Shown here: one piece after another, positions 1 to 9,074 of the stretch
Layout of the letters: each line of letters starts with the position of its first letter
How positions within the stretch are numbered: the stretch's first letter is position 1
Program-made: the position numbers and the translations under genes
Sequence record: MH816966
Direction: 5' to 3' (one strand)
DNA from: Escherichia phage FEC19
DNA: 64,000 nt
Notes under the pieces: generated by a model
What the model was told of the DNA's origin: nothing
Seen by the model: the letters and a program-made list of their open reading frames with translations, nothing else
Database searches by the model: none

Positions 1-27
1 GCGAACGCGCCTGCAAGTGAAGAGTTT

Positions 28-369
28 TCATTTGACCTTCTCCAATTGGAATCTTGCTTCTGGAAAGCCTGCGACAAACATGTCACGGCCCTCGACATCA
101 CGCTTCACGAACCAACGCATTCCGCTGACTACCGTGAAGACAATTTGCCTTCCATCAATAATAAGTCCTTTTGCCTCATAAAGCAAATAAGTCTGACCGA
201 CTTTGAAGCTTAACATATCCTTGCTTGTGCTGGTGCACTTGAGCCGCCACTGGGTGAGATTTGATTCGCTTGCTTCGATGTCAACAACCTTACCGCGCAG
301 CGACGATGTGCGCTGAAGCTCTTGCATTTGCTCGTCGAACGTGAGTTCACGGCCTTCTTGCTCTTCCAT
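28..369 (-). CDS. hypothetical early protein (113 aa)
   Basis: Intact ORF in a co-directional tightly packed minus-strand array; no recognisable motif. Confidence 0.45.
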   Translation of the reverse strand: MEEQEGRELTFDEQMQELQRTSSLRGKVVDIEASESNLTQWRLKCTSTSKDMLSFKVGQTYLLYEAKGLIIDGRQIVFTVVSGMRWFVKRDVEGRDMFVAGFPEARFQLEKVK

Positions 370-869
370 TATTCCTCCACGACGCGATAAGCAATGATGT
401 CATAAACGCTTCCGTTGTGCTGCCACAGCCATCCTTCTGAATTGGATGAATAAGAAGACTTCTCTTCATTCCTCCACATCAACATGACCTTCTTACCAGG
501 CACCGGATTCTTGCCGCCAGCCCATTCAATCCAACCTTCATGAGATTCTTCGGGCTTCTTCAAGTGCTCATGCTTCTCACCGATGTGGGCGACAGGTTGA
601 CGGCTTCCGTAATAGAATGCCAACGCAACGTCGTAGGATGGATGGGTGTTGGATAAGCAAATGTCATCACACCAAAGCTCCATGGTGCGCGACTTAAGCG
701 TCATCATATTAGTATACCACTCGATGGTGTAGTGGTCGTTAAGGTTGCCGACAATATAGAAGTTGCGGCAAAAGTGCGCAGCGTCATCCGACTTCTCGCG
801 GCTATAGCTTCTGATTGCGCCTGCCTTTACAGCCATTTCCAATACTGCTTCGAGTTGTTCGATTTTCAT
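369..869 (-). CDS. hypothetical protein (166 aa)
   Basis: ORF abutting its neighbours (start overlaps next stop); His/Trp-rich, no confident family assignment. Confidence 0.45.
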   Translation of the reverse strand: MKIEQLEAVLEMAVKAGAIRSYSREKSDDAAHFCRNFYIVGNLNDHYTIEWYTNMMTLKSRTMELWCDDICLSNTHPSYDVALAFYYGSRQPVAHIGEKHEHLKKPEESHEGWIEWAGGKNPVPGKKVMLMWRNEEKSSYSSNSEGWLWQHNGSVYDIIAYRVVEE

Positions 870-1111
870 TTCTTTACTCCTAGTTCAATTTGATAGCCGA
901 TTGACAATTCATTTTCGCCGATGTTGAATGCATCAACGGGCTGCGACATCACCGCCTTTAAATATACCTTCTTGCGCCGCTTTGCCTTGTACAAACAACG
1001 GTCGCCGCTGCGGTTGTAGATGTTAAGCCAGGTGCGCTTACTGATCTTATAAGGCACATGCGGCTTGATGAATAATAAACGGGCCTTAAGATTGGATGTC
1101 ATAGTATTCAC
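866..1111 (-). CDS. hypothetical basic protein (81 aa)
   Basis: ORF overlapping the upstream gene by 4 nt (coupled); Lys/Arg-rich. Confidence 0.4.
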   Translation of the reverse strand: MNTMTSNLKARLLFIKPHVPYKISKRTWLNIYNRSGDRCLYKAKRRKKVYLKAVMSQPVDAFNIGENELSIGYQIELGVKK

Positions 1112-1410
1112 TTCCCTCCAAACGTTGCAACACGGATGTCGCGACGCGAAAAAGTCAGAACAGTGTCAAGGCTGCCAGCACAGGTTATGAATATATCGTC
1201 TGCAACAAGGTCATACCCGCCGACGCAAAGAATAAATGTGTCATCGCTATTCTTTAATAGCATGATTGCTGCAACACCGTCCTTTTTATTCTTAAAGAAG
1301 AATACTGGCTCACCGCCTTCTTGCGTCTCCTTGAACTCTTTAATTGCACCACAGTTCACGGCTTCTTGCAAAGCATTCAAAACCTTTTTCTTCATTGCTT
1401 CGTTACTCAT
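1108..1410 (-). CDS. hypothetical protein (100 aa)
   Basis: Start refined to ATG at 1410 (MSNEAMKKK) preceded by AAGGAG; the longer ORF-track start lacks an RBS. Confidence 0.5.
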   Translation of the reverse strand: MSNEAMKKKVLNALQEAVNCGAIKEFKETQEGGEPVFFFKNKKDGVAAIMLLKNSDDTFILCVGGYDLVADDIFITCAGSLDTVLTFSRRDIRVATFGGK

Positions 1411-1438
1411 AATCAATTCTCCTTTGCTTGATGAACTA

Positions 1439-1466
1439 AGTATAATACAGGCAAATAAAAAGGCAA
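1439..1466 (-). promoter_or_regulatory. sigma70-like promoter for 1108-1410
   Basis: Minus sense TTGCCT-16-TATACT; -35 lies inside the upstream terminator stem. Confidence 0.4.
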
Positions 1467-1485
1467 GCATTTAGCTCACCTTTTT
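1457..1485 (-). terminator. rho-independent terminator (copy 1 of a duplicated cassette)
   Basis: Minus-strand RNA 5'-AAAAA GGUGAGC UAAAU GCUUGCC UUUUU-3'; the stem uses G-U wobbles that pair only in the minus-sense transcript. Confidence 0.5.
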
Positions 1486-1488
1486 GAA

Positions 1489-1749
1489 TTAAATATTCTT
1501 CGCCTCTTCGTGGAGGCCGACCGACCTTAGTTTTCGTCGCAAGTAAGCTTTCTTTTCACTCTCCCGCCCGGCTGGAGTCACGCGCCAGCGTAATGTGTTC
1601 TCCAGATTCTTGCGTCGGTTGTGCTTGTCGAGTAGCTCTACCAGTGCCTTTGCGTCGTCGAGTGTTAATGCCACGGGCCGCGACCCATTAACGGCTTGTC
1701 GAAGCTTCCGCGCGGCAACGGCTAACTTAGTCATCGGACCTTTGTTCAC
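1489..1749 (-). CDS. hypothetical basic protein (86 aa)
   Basis: ORF followed directly by a hairpin terminator; Arg/Lys-rich, possible nucleic-acid binder. Confidence 0.45.
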   Translation of the reverse strand: MNKGPMTKLAVAARKLRQAVNGSRPVALTLDDAKALVELLDKHNRRKNLENTLRWRVTPAGRESEKKAYLRRKLRSVGLHEEAKNI

Positions 1750-2129
1750 GGCAACTCCTTATTCATAGGCGTGATAGACAACACCTTTACGTCTGTGATG
1801 TCACGGTTGTATTCGCGCTTGATTTGTAGAATCTGGGATTGGATGCGCGCGATAAAGTGCCACGTGATGCCTTCCTTAACGTTAATCCAGGCCGCAAGCT
1901 GAATTGAATCGATTTCACTTCTCAATGTCATCGGTCTGTAAGCAGCACTTTGTGCACCATAAGCAGGCTGTGTATCGTAAGCTGAATACTTGAATGACAC
2001 CAAGAACATTCTTTCTTCAAGCTGACTCTCGCTATTAGGATTCTTATCACAATTAGCCATGTGTCGCAAGAACTCTTCATGCGGAAGATGCATCACATCG
2101 TGACAATACGGACAACGTTTCATTCTCAT
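1746..2129 (-). CDS. small zinc-finger-like protein, paralog A
   Basis: N-terminus KRCPYCHDVMHLPHEEFLRHMANCDKNPNS parallels the neighbouring gene (C-P-x-C ... H ... C ... NPxNS); start chosen to avoid overlap with the upstream stop. Confidence 0.5.
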   Translation of the reverse strand: MRMKRCPYCHDVMHLPHEEFLRHMANCDKNPNSESQLEERMFLVSFKYSAYDTQPAYGAQSAAYRPMTLRSEIDSIQLAAWINVKEGITWHFIARIQSQILQIKREYNRDITDVKVLSITPMNKELP

Positions 2130-2130
2130 T

Positions 2131-2415
2131 TTACACCTCATGCAAGAAAGACAAAGATTTGATGCAGACTATTTCTTTTCCAGATACTTCCTTTATTGTA
2201 TCCAGCAGGCTTTCATACGCCTTTTTGGTGATCACCATTTCTTTCGTGGTAACGATTCCTGTTGCGCCTGAGCCGTCGTCTGCTTCCGCGTGATAATGAT
2301 AATAGTAACGCGTCGAATTTTCAGGATTAGCTTCACAAACGTTAACGTGATGTAAATATTCTTCAACAGGAAGTCGCATAGTTAACAAGCAATGTGGGCA
2401 GCGTTGCACCTTCAT
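2131..2415 (-). CDS. small zinc-finger-like protein, paralog B
   Basis: N-terminus QRCPHCLLTMRLPVEEYLHHVNVCEANPENS; tandem paralog of 1746-2129. Confidence 0.5.
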   Translation of the reverse strand: MKVQRCPHCLLTMRLPVEEYLHHVNVCEANPENSTRYYYHYHAEADDGSGATGIVTTKEMVITKKAYESLLDTIKEVSGKEIVCIKSLSFLHEV

Positions 2416-2648
2416 TTTGCATACTCCATAGCATATTGCTGCAGCTTAAACGCAGCCTTTTGTAATTGTTTGTGACGTTCAAATAACGTCTCACGCTTTT
2501 CAGCAGGGCAATCGGCGCGAAGCATTGTTATGGCAACGCTTGACATAGCATTCAATAAAAACTGAAAACGAGACACCATTCTCAGCTCATTACGCTTGTT
2601 GAAAGACAGCTTACCCAGCGCGGCATTCATAATTGCACCTCGACACAC
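2412..2648 (-). CDS. hypothetical protein (78 aa)
   Basis: ORF overlapping the upstream gene by 4 nt. Confidence 0.4.
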   Translation of the reverse strand: MCRGAIMNAALGKLSFNKRNELRMVSRFQFLLNAMSSVAITMLRADCPAEKRETLFERHKQLQKAAFKLQQYAMEYAK

Positions 2649-2944
2649 GATTCACTAGCCTTGAATCCCCAGCCTTCCAGACCGACTTCGCCGCAGTAAC
2701 GCGCCATTGCACGCTCATCCAAGAACCAACCGTGATATTGCTCTATGTACTTTGGTTTTTCTGAATAACAGTGAATGACTCCGTCGTCATCAATGGCCAC
2801 GTAACGCGTGCCAGGCGCGACTGGTACAACTACGTTTGGGTGGACGATTGGCCAAGGCTTGATGTGTACGGCTGTGTCTAACTTAACGTTTGGCACCCTT
2901 GAAAGGTCTTTGTAAGCGCCCTCGTCCATTCCTAAGTAAATCAT
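2627..2944 (-). CDS. hypothetical protein (105 aa)
   Basis: ATG at 2944 preceded by GAGGTGA; downstream of the duplicated promoter/terminator cassette. Confidence 0.5.
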   Translation of the reverse strand: MIYLGMDEGAYKDLSRVPNVKLDTAVHIKPWPIVHPNVVVPVAPGTRYVAIDDDGVIHCYSEKPKYIEQYHGWFLDERAMARYCGEVGLEGWGFKASESCVEVQL

Positions 2945-2976
2945 AATTCACCTCGCTTGTTAGTCTTGATGAAAAG

Positions 2977-3005
2977 AGTATAAGTATTGATAAAAGAAAA
3001 GGCAA
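2977..3005 (-). promoter_or_regulatory. sigma70-like promoter for 2627-2944
   Basis: Minus sense TTGCCT-17-TATACT; duplicate of the 1439-1466 arrangement. Confidence 0.4.
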
Positions 3006-3024
3006 GCATTTAGCTCACCTTTTT
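2996..3024 (-). terminator. rho-independent terminator (copy 2 of the duplicated cassette)
   Basis: Same 30-bp sequence AAAAGGCAAGCATTTAGCTCACCTTTTTGA as at 1459-1488. Confidence 0.5.
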
Positions 3025-3029
3025 GATAT

Positions 3030-3362
3030 TCATTTTACATAGTGGAGTAGGTCAATCTCTATCTCGTGCCTTGTCCTTGTTATCTTTGTATCACCCGTCC
3101 TGTGGGAGACTTGATGGAAGAAAGAGTCTTTGTGAGCGCATCGTTCAAACATCACGCTGGCAAATCTGCAGCCGCATATTGCATCAAGCTTTGCTCCGTT
3201 AGACAAAAGGTTGAATGTCAATACAGTGTTATCCATCCTTGCATTTTGCTTGATGCAGGACTTTAAGAAGGCGTAAGAATCGGCAAATGATTTGTGCCTT
3301 TTACAAATATCTTTAACCTTTTCACGCTCATGCGCGGCGAGTATCTGATCACGTGTCATCAC
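3030..3362 (-). CDS. hypothetical protein (110 aa)
   Basis: ORF in operon context, followed by the terminator at about 2996-3024. Confidence 0.45.
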   Translation of the reverse strand: MMTRDQILAAHEREKVKDICKRHKSFADSYAFLKSCIKQNARMDNTVLTFNLLSNGAKLDAICGCRFASVMFERCAHKDSFFHQVSHRTGDTKITRTRHEIEIDLLHYVK

Positions 3363-3598
3363 TGCACCTCTGTTATTCCGGTAATGCGAACGATTACGGT
3401 GTCATCTAAATTGAACTGCTGCCGCGCGACGCGCTTGATGTCGTCCTTAAGGTCCGCAATCAACTCCCTTGTTAACACTGTACGCTCTGAGACGTCATAT
3501 TGAACGTCAAAGGTATACTCGCCATAAAATACCGCGCCATTGGGAAGTTGTACGACATAGAATGCCATGTACATTGCATTGATATAATCTTCCATCAT
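3359..3598 (-). CDS. hypothetical protein (79 aa)
   Basis: Start refined to the internal ATG forming an ATGA overlap with the upstream stop. Confidence 0.4.
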   Translation of the reverse strand: MMEDYINAMYMAFYVVQLPNGAVFYGEYTFDVQYDVSERTVLTRELIADLKDDIKRVARQQFNLDDTVIVRITGITEVQ

Positions 3599-3942
3599 AC
3601 ATTCTCCACGGGTCGACGAATGAGTTTGCGTAATCCTTCGGGCCAGACCTTCTTGATGACGGCCTTTGCTGGGCTGGATGAAAGCTTCTTCAGCTTCAAT
3701 AGGACACATCCTTCATCATCGTTCGGTTGCACCTGGATAACGACTCGCGCTTGTCGGTCGATGACCATGACATCCCCAATGCGAATGTCTTTTACCAACA
3801 CGCCCATCTCCTTCGTGCCGGATACGCCATTGATGTGATCAAAACCTTTTCGCAGCGGTTTCATTATTTCTTCTCCTGCCATTTCTCTGACACGCTTCTT
3901 AATCTCTGCGCCAAACAACACTTCGTCTTTAACATGAGCCAT
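3595..3942 (-). CDS. hypothetical protein (115 aa)
   Basis: Start refined to MAHVKD to remove overlap with the upstream gene. Confidence 0.4.
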   Translation of the reverse strand: MAHVKDEVLFGAEIKKRVREMAGEEIMKPLRKGFDHINGVSGTKEMGVLVKDIRIGDVMVIDRQARVVIQVQPNDDEGCVLLKLKKLSSSPAKAVIKKVWPEGLRKLIRRPVENV

Positions 3943-4408
3943 GGTCGAGTACCTTATAGAATTTAGTGGTGAATCGCTCATCGCCATAGTAGCGATACTT
4001 GCCGCCGCCAGTGTTATCAAACCTTACCCATTGAATTAAAGTCTGGTCAGCGTCGTGCGACACGTAAATCACCCGGCCATTAACAGGAATTGCGCCCTCT
4101 TCCGCGTCCTTGCTTATGATTGAATCGCCGTTCTTGATGTCAAATATGTCAATCGGCTTAAGGCGCGGCTTTTTATCAACATAAGTTTGAATAGGAACTC
4201 TTACGCAACGTGATTGATGATGGACAAGTCTTTCAACATGCCTTTTGGTTGGCGGTAAAATCTCGAATGACTCAACGCCTGCAAACTCGCTGTCGATAAA
4301 TTTATTTATTTTCATCCTTAATGGAATTGGGACGTTACATTGACTTGTTGCTGCTAAAATAATTGCTGCTTCTGTTTTACTTAACATTAAAGGGCGATGA
4401 ATGATCAT
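3929..4408 (-). CDS. hypothetical protein (159 aa)
   Basis: Intact ORF in the co-directional early array; no recognisable motif. Confidence 0.45.
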   Translation of the reverse strand: MIIHRPLMLSKTEAAIILAATSQCNVPIPLRMKINKFIDSEFAGVESFEILPPTKRHVERLVHHQSRCVRVPIQTYVDKKPRLKPIDIFDIKNGDSIISKDAEEGAIPVNGRVIYVSHDADQTLIQWVRFDNTGGGKYRYYGDERFTTKFYKVLDHGSC

Positions 4409-4410
4409 AA

Positions 4411-4566
4411 TTAACCTCTGATTTGTGACACAAAACGTTTATAATGTTCTTTGGCTAAGACGCGTGCGCGCTCTTTCGTATGGCCGCTGGCTTCAAGTAC
4501 GCGACGAAGCTGCTTGATTGCGTCTGCTTTACTAACCTTGTTATCGTTAAACTGAAATTTATTCAT
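4411..4566 (-). CDS. small basic protein (51 aa)
   Basis: Not in the ORF track; exactly fills the gap between neighbours, with its ATG overlapping the upstream TGA (ATGA). Confidence 0.3.
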   Translation of the reverse strand: MNKFQFNDNKVSKADAIKQLRRVLEASGHTKERARVLAKEHYKRFVSQIRG

Positions 4567-4784
4567 GCTTCACAAGCCGCCTTAATTTGACGTGGAGTAA
4601 CGATGACTACTTCACCAACCAGTGACTTGTCATCTTCTTTTACCGTATCGATTCGAACGCGATAGTGATTGCGACCGCGTGAATCAGTAAGGTATTGATC
4701 CAGCTCAAGGATGGTGCCTGCGCGCATATTCTGTCCTGACATCCAACGGATACGGTCGCCAGCCTTAAGAGTTTTCTTTCTCAT
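4563..4784 (-). CDS. hypothetical protein (73 aa)
   Basis: Start refined to MRKKTLKAGD; the longer ORF-track N-terminus overlaps the upstream gene. Confidence 0.4.
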   Translation of the reverse strand: MRKKTLKAGDRIRWMSGQNMRAGTILELDQYLTDSRGRNHYRVRIDTVKEDDKSLVGEVVIVTPRQIKAACEA

Positions 4785-4791
4785 CTTCAAC

Positions 4792-5070
4792 TCACTTATA
4801 GTATTTAAACATAGCCGCGCAAAAATCCTGCATGGCATTCTTAATTTGCTTCTTGAACAACGGGTCATGCATCGTTTCAACATTCGTCTTAATCCGAACG
4901 TGACCGATAACATCAAACGCAGTTGCTGGCATCGGCTCATAGATTTCATGATCGTTCAAGATTATATCTAGTCTTGACTCAGAAATCACGGGATAATTCT
5001 TTCCAGCAGTAAACTGGTCATCAATCGATAACGTGCACTTGACAAAGAATACTTTGTATGTAGTAATCAT
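4792..5070 (-). CDS. hypothetical protein (92 aa)
   Basis: Intact ORF in the early array. Confidence 0.45.
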   Translation of the reverse strand: MITTYKVFFVKCTLSIDDQFTAGKNYPVISESRLDIILNDHEIYEPMPATAFDVIGHVRIKTNVETMHDPLFKKQIKNAMQDFCAAMFKYYK

Positions 5071-5276
5071 AGTGAGTCCTTCGGGCCGCAGTAGCGCCCG
5101 TCCAGGTAGCGGTCGTATTGGATTAAAGCGAATGTTTTCAACGAAAGGTTACGGCGCTTAAACAGGTGACCAGTTGATGGATTCTGCTCGTGCGCCGTTG
5201 GATAAAGGCGTGTCAGGTAGTGGATGAGGACTTGTAAAGCTCTACGTTGCTTTGTTATTCTCCCTTGTGTATTCAT
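5067..5276 (-). CDS. hypothetical basic protein (69 aa)
   Basis: ORF with 4-nt overlap downstream; weak RBS. Confidence 0.35.
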   Translation of the reverse strand: MNTQGRITKQRRALQVLIHYLTRLYPTAHEQNPSTGHLFKRRNLSLKTFALIQYDRYLDGRYCGPKDSL

Positions 5277-5466
5277 GGTTGAATCTACCCTCTGTCAATA
5301 TCCGGTCGTGGATTACTATACCAGTACAGCGCAGGCGGTTGGCATTGCTTCGCGCCTTTGCTGCTTGATGAGGATTGAACAAGCCAAACAAACTAGCCTT
5401 AAAGGCAAACTGGTAATATTTGATTAAAGTACTAAGTGCTAACTCAATCCTGTCTAAATTAATCAT
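5242..5466 (-). CDS. hypothetical protein (74 aa)
   Basis: ATG preceded by GAGGTGA; overlaps the next ORF by 35 nt, so one of the two may be spurious. Confidence 0.3.
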   Translation of the reverse strand: MINLDRIELALSTLIKYYQFAFKASLFGLFNPHQAAKARSNANRLRCTGIVIHDRILTEGRFNHEYTRENNKAT

Positions 5467-5505
5467 AATATCACCTCGTCAGAAAAGCAAATATTTTGAT
5501 GATAA

Positions 5506-6153
5506 TTATCCTGTGGCCTGCATATTGCGTACATACTTCTGCTCTAATGAATAGATGAAGTCGGCGACCGTCAATCCTTTTGTGTGCCACTCATACATTG
5601 TGTAGCCTGTATTCAGGAAATAGCCGCGCACCTTGTCCATTGCTTCAGCTTCCTCCATGGAAGCCATCAGCGCGGCGACGTTATCATAAGAAGGCACAAA
5701 TCCCTTCTTGCGTAGCGCATTGCGCAAATCTTTAGTTCTGAATCCAATCTTGCACAGGTCATCACGGCCCGTTGAAGATGCAACCTTCGGCAGTGCAAGG
5801 AACTCTTTGAGGAACATCGAGATGTTCAGGTCGCCTGCATCATCAAGCTTCTGGAGTCGGTTGCGACCGCGACCCTTGAATTCACTTGCACGAGGGTGAG
5901 CGCCAAAACAATGCGCCCCTTCCAATTTAGGGTCGATGATCATCAAATCTTTGCCTACGCGCAATTCAACGTAGTAAAGGTATGTCTCATCGACAAGCTT
6001 CGTGCGTTTACAGGTGATGGAGTCCTTATCGTACCCAAAACCACGCAACACGGTTGAAATCATCCGGTTCATTTCTTCTCCATGAACGTCACTCTCTTTG
6101 TTCAGTTCACCGAGATGTTGAAAGAATTTAGCGATGTTGATTGCTTTATTCAT
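5506..6153 (-). CDS. hypothetical protein (215 aa)
   Basis: ORF immediately downstream of and coupled to the primase-helicase gene. Confidence 0.5.
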   Translation of the reverse strand: MNKAINIAKFFQHLGELNKESDVHGEEMNRMISTVLRGFGYDKDSITCKRTKLVDETYLYYVELRVGKDLMIIDPKLEGAHCFGAHPRASEFKGRGRNRLQKLDDAGDLNISMFLKEFLALPKVASSTGRDDLCKIGFRTKDLRNALRKKGFVPSYDNVAALMASMEEAEAMDKVRGYFLNTGYTMYEWHTKGLTVADFIYSLEQKYVRNMQATG

Positions 6154-7823
6154 CAGAATTCATCCTTATCTCTTCCTAAAGAACGTTTGCGTTCAATAAC
6201 CTTCTTCAAGAATTCAATATCTTCAGGGTCAGACTCGTCGCGGATAAGATACGCTAAGATAGTCATCAAATCAGAAATGTATTCCCCTGCTTCATTCTTA
6301 ATCAGCGGCGTAAAGTAACCACGCTGGTTGCGATAGGTTGCAGGCTCAAATCCAAGCTTCGACATGTGCGGCGCAAGGGTACGTGAGAAAGGCGACTTGC
6401 CGCACTTAGCTCTGAATCCCATAGCGATTGCACCACTGGTGATGTGCCAGCGTCCGCTGTGATGTCGGTCATAAGGCGCGGTGATGACGACTTCAACAAG
6501 GTCGTTGTCGACCATCTCGTCACGGATAACGCCGCGAGCGCGTTCCATTTCGTTCTTGCTGAACTCAGTAAGCATACGAGATGTCTCACCGACAAAGGCG
6601 TTATAACCTGCTTCGCCGTGCTTCTCCATCCACGCAGCGCACTCAGCCATCAGCTGCCAAACGTCTTCTTTCAAAGTTGAAAGGTCAGCTTGGAAGTCTT
6701 TAGACCAGTTCGGTTGCCCGTCCTTGTCGGCGAGTTGGCCAACAAAGATAGGATACACACGACGGTTGCCTGTATCGTCACGTTGCATGCCTGCGTATTC
6801 GTTGCCGTCCATGATAGCAATCCACTGGCGTGGTTTAACCTGCGTGTCTTCAAATTTGAAGTCCAGGTCATCTTCCGTCTTAGTCAGGAATGCTTTCATG
6901 TTTTCGATGTCGGCCTTTTTAAAGCCTGTCATCTCACCAACGTTCGCGATAATTGAGCGACCCGTAATAGCTCGCAAGAACGGGTTGAAGTTCTGCGCGG
7001 CCAAGTTCAACGGAATCGGTGTTGCGTGGCGGTCGTTCATAATAGCTTCGCAAAGTAGCTTACTAAAATAACTCTTCCCTGCGTTCTGGCCGCCGATGAG
7101 CGCAATGGAGATTGGCGCTTGACAGCCAGGGTTGGTCAGGCGGTTATAGAGCGATAGCCAAAAATACACACCGATTTGTCGGTTTAACTCTGTATCGAAC
7201 GGTCGGAATAGCTCGATAAGGTATTTCTCGATGCGCGCAGTGCCGTCCCATTCAGGAAGCTTCTTGTAGAAGAAGTCCATCAGGTCGTCGCGCTGATAAC
7301 GCATGGCCCATTCCTTATAGGATTGAGCGACCTGACGTGAGTTTGGGTTGGACAGACCTGCTGCGTCGACAGCGGCAACTATCTCTGTGACTTCCAATGT
7401 ACGGTCGGTGAATGTTTCGCCGCGATGGTCGACTAAGCGTCCACGAAAAGTATCTTTGTGAGGGAATGGGACAATGCCGCTTCCCTTATCAAACAACGCG
7501 TCGAAAACCGCATAACGGTTCATGTCACTCGTCCGGTCCGCCTGAAGAACAAAATCATCTTTCGTCGGTTTGTAGTGAGGGAACTTGATTACCTGAAGTG
7601 AGGCGAGCAAACGTGCTCTTTCAACCAAGTCTTCTTCGCCGTAGCACTCCATGCGCTCTGCATCTTTCTCAACAGCCTTATGCTGGAGGCTGATTTTAGC
7701 TCTGGTGCCTTGCTGCTCTGCCGCTTGCATCTCTTCTGACACACCAGCGTCTTGAATTTCGTCAAAGATTGCACCAAATTCATCACCTGTATCCTCTGGA
7801 AGATTGTCATGTTCAATTGACAT
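6153..7823 (-). CDS. DNA primase/helicase-like P-loop NTPase (VirE/D5-like)
   Basis: 556 aa with Walker A IALIGGQNAGKSYFSKLL; AGGAGG RBS before the ATG. Confidence 0.65.
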   Translation of the reverse strand: MSIEHDNLPEDTGDEFGAIFDEIQDAGVSEEMQAAEQQGTRAKISLQHKAVEKDAERMECYGEEDLVERARLLASLQVIKFPHYKPTKDDFVLQADRTSDMNRYAVFDALFDKGSGIVPFPHKDTFRGRLVDHRGETFTDRTLEVTEIVAAVDAAGLSNPNSRQVAQSYKEWAMRYQRDDLMDFFYKKLPEWDGTARIEKYLIELFRPFDTELNRQIGVYFWLSLYNRLTNPGCQAPISIALIGGQNAGKSYFSKLLCEAIMNDRHATPIPLNLAAQNFNPFLRAITGRSIIANVGEMTGFKKADIENMKAFLTKTEDDLDFKFEDTQVKPRQWIAIMDGNEYAGMQRDDTGNRRVYPIFVGQLADKDGQPNWSKDFQADLSTLKEDVWQLMAECAAWMEKHGEAGYNAFVGETSRMLTEFSKNEMERARGVIRDEMVDNDLVEVVITAPYDRHHSGRWHITSGAIAMGFRAKCGKSPFSRTLAPHMSKLGFEPATYRNQRGYFTPLIKNEAGEYISDLMTILAYLIRDESDPEDIEFLKKVIERKRSLGRDKDEF

Positions 7824-7889
7824 TTAATCCTCCTGATACGGCTTTGTTATATTGTTGCATGGATATATCCTTTCAGGGTGCGGTAAATA

Positions 7890-7910
7890 AACGCCAGAAA
7901 TCTGGCGTTG
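7890..7910 (-). terminator. hairpin terminator downstream of 7960-8250
   Basis: Perfect inverted repeat ACGCCAG-AAAT-CTGGCGT with U-rich sequence following on the minus transcript. Confidence 0.5.
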
Positions 7911-7959
7911 TATATTAATATAGTAAAACTCAGTTTAAAGCAATATAACTGGTGAACTA

Positions 7960-8250
7960 TCAGCAAGGAAATTGGTCAGCGTATGCCTTTCTCAATTTGT
8001 TTACTGACTGAACAGAATGAAGGTATTGGCAATCGGTGAAGATGCGGCGCAAACAATCCATAGAAGACAGGTCATCGTTAGTAACCACCAGAATCTCTTC
8101 CGAAGGGCAACCAGCTTCTTTGGCAATCTCATTAAGATTTGAGCCATTAATTTCTTCAACACGTTTCACCTCATCGATACCGTAAACATCAACGGCAACT
8201 TCGATGTCGTCATCGCTGATATTCTCACCATAAAGAATTACAATATTCAT
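7960..8250 (-). CDS. hypothetical acidic protein (96 aa)
   Basis: ORF followed by a hairpin terminator. Confidence 0.45.
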   Translation of the reverse strand: MNIVILYGENISDDDIEVAVDVYGIDEVKRVEEINGSNLNEIAKEAGCPSEEILVVTNDDLSSMDCLRRIFTDCQYLHSVQSVNKLRKAYADQFPC

Positions 8251-8369
8251 TTACTCACCCCTGCCAAATAATGTGCCATATCCAATACATATAATAGCCC
8301 CAGGATGATAACAAGGGAAATGATTAATGTGTATTTCTTTACGGCTTTCATATGTATCTATACCTAAAT

Positions 8370-8633
8370 TTACTGTTGAGGATCACCGATGGAGTCTGTC
8401 GCATCCCATTCAACGCGTGCTGTACGTTCTGCTGGTGGACAACCTTCTCCGGCGTAAAGCTCCACCACACCTTCGTGAGAGCAGCACTGGCACTCTACAA
8501 GGTCGCCGTCCTCCCAGGCACCTTCTTCTGCATTGCGATGCTGCCGCACCTTGATCACATCGCTTGCACAGTTAGGACAAGTCGAAAGACTGCTTGTGAC
8601 GTTCCAAACGAACTCGTTGCGGAAAGCACCCAT
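8370..8633 (-). CDS. small zinc-ribbon protein
   Basis: CPNC ... CQCC cysteine pairs; start refined to the internal ATG abutting the upstream stop. Confidence 0.4.
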   Translation of the reverse strand: MGAFRNEFVWNVTSSLSTCPNCASDVIKVRQHRNAEEGAWEDGDLVECQCCSHEGVVELYAGEGCPPAERTARVEWDATDSIGDPQQ

Positions 8634-8634
8634 G

Positions 8635-8925
8635 CTACACCTCTTGATCTCGCTGTTGTTGAATCGCGGCTGCAGCTTCTTCAAAATTGACGGGCTCAAC
8701 GGTAAATGTCGCGCTGACAGTGAAGTTGTTAATCGTCAGCAAAGTATTGAAACGCTCTGCATTCAGATTCATCGCCACGTGCGTCGACACATTAAGGATT
8801 GCACCAACGACTTCTTCCACCGCATAGCCTTTAAACAGAGGAAGAATTTCATTGACAAGCTTCAGCTCGTTCTCCACGCGAAGTTTTTGTGCTTCTTCAG
8901 TGGTCATCATTTTTGGTTCGTTCAT
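8635..8925 (-). CDS. hypothetical protein (96 aa)
   Basis: Intact ORF in operon context. Confidence 0.45.
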   Translation of the reverse strand: MNEPKMMTTEEAQKLRVENELKLVNEILPLFKGYAVEEVVGAILNVSTHVAMNLNAERFNTLLTINNFTVSATFTVEPVNFEEAAAAIQQQRDQEV

Positions 8926-8930
8926 TTTTA

Positions 8931-9074
8931 TTCCTTAACAAATTCAGAGTAGTGTTTGGCCGCAGCCGATTGGTGGTGAGCCATGACACCTTCAAGGGTG
9001 GGAAGCTCTACGTGCTTAGGTTCTAACGAATTTAACAGACCTTCAAGCTCGATGTTCAATTCTTCGCTTTGCAT
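8931..9074 (-). CDS. small hypothetical protein (47 aa)
   Basis: Not in the ORF track; ATG preceded by GAGGTGA and the ORF fills the gap to the next gene. Confidence 0.3.

Noticed and set aside
5224-5427. 67-aa plus-strand ORF
   Set aside because: Opposite strand to the entire surrounding early operon and overlapping two minus-strand ORFs; no RBS.
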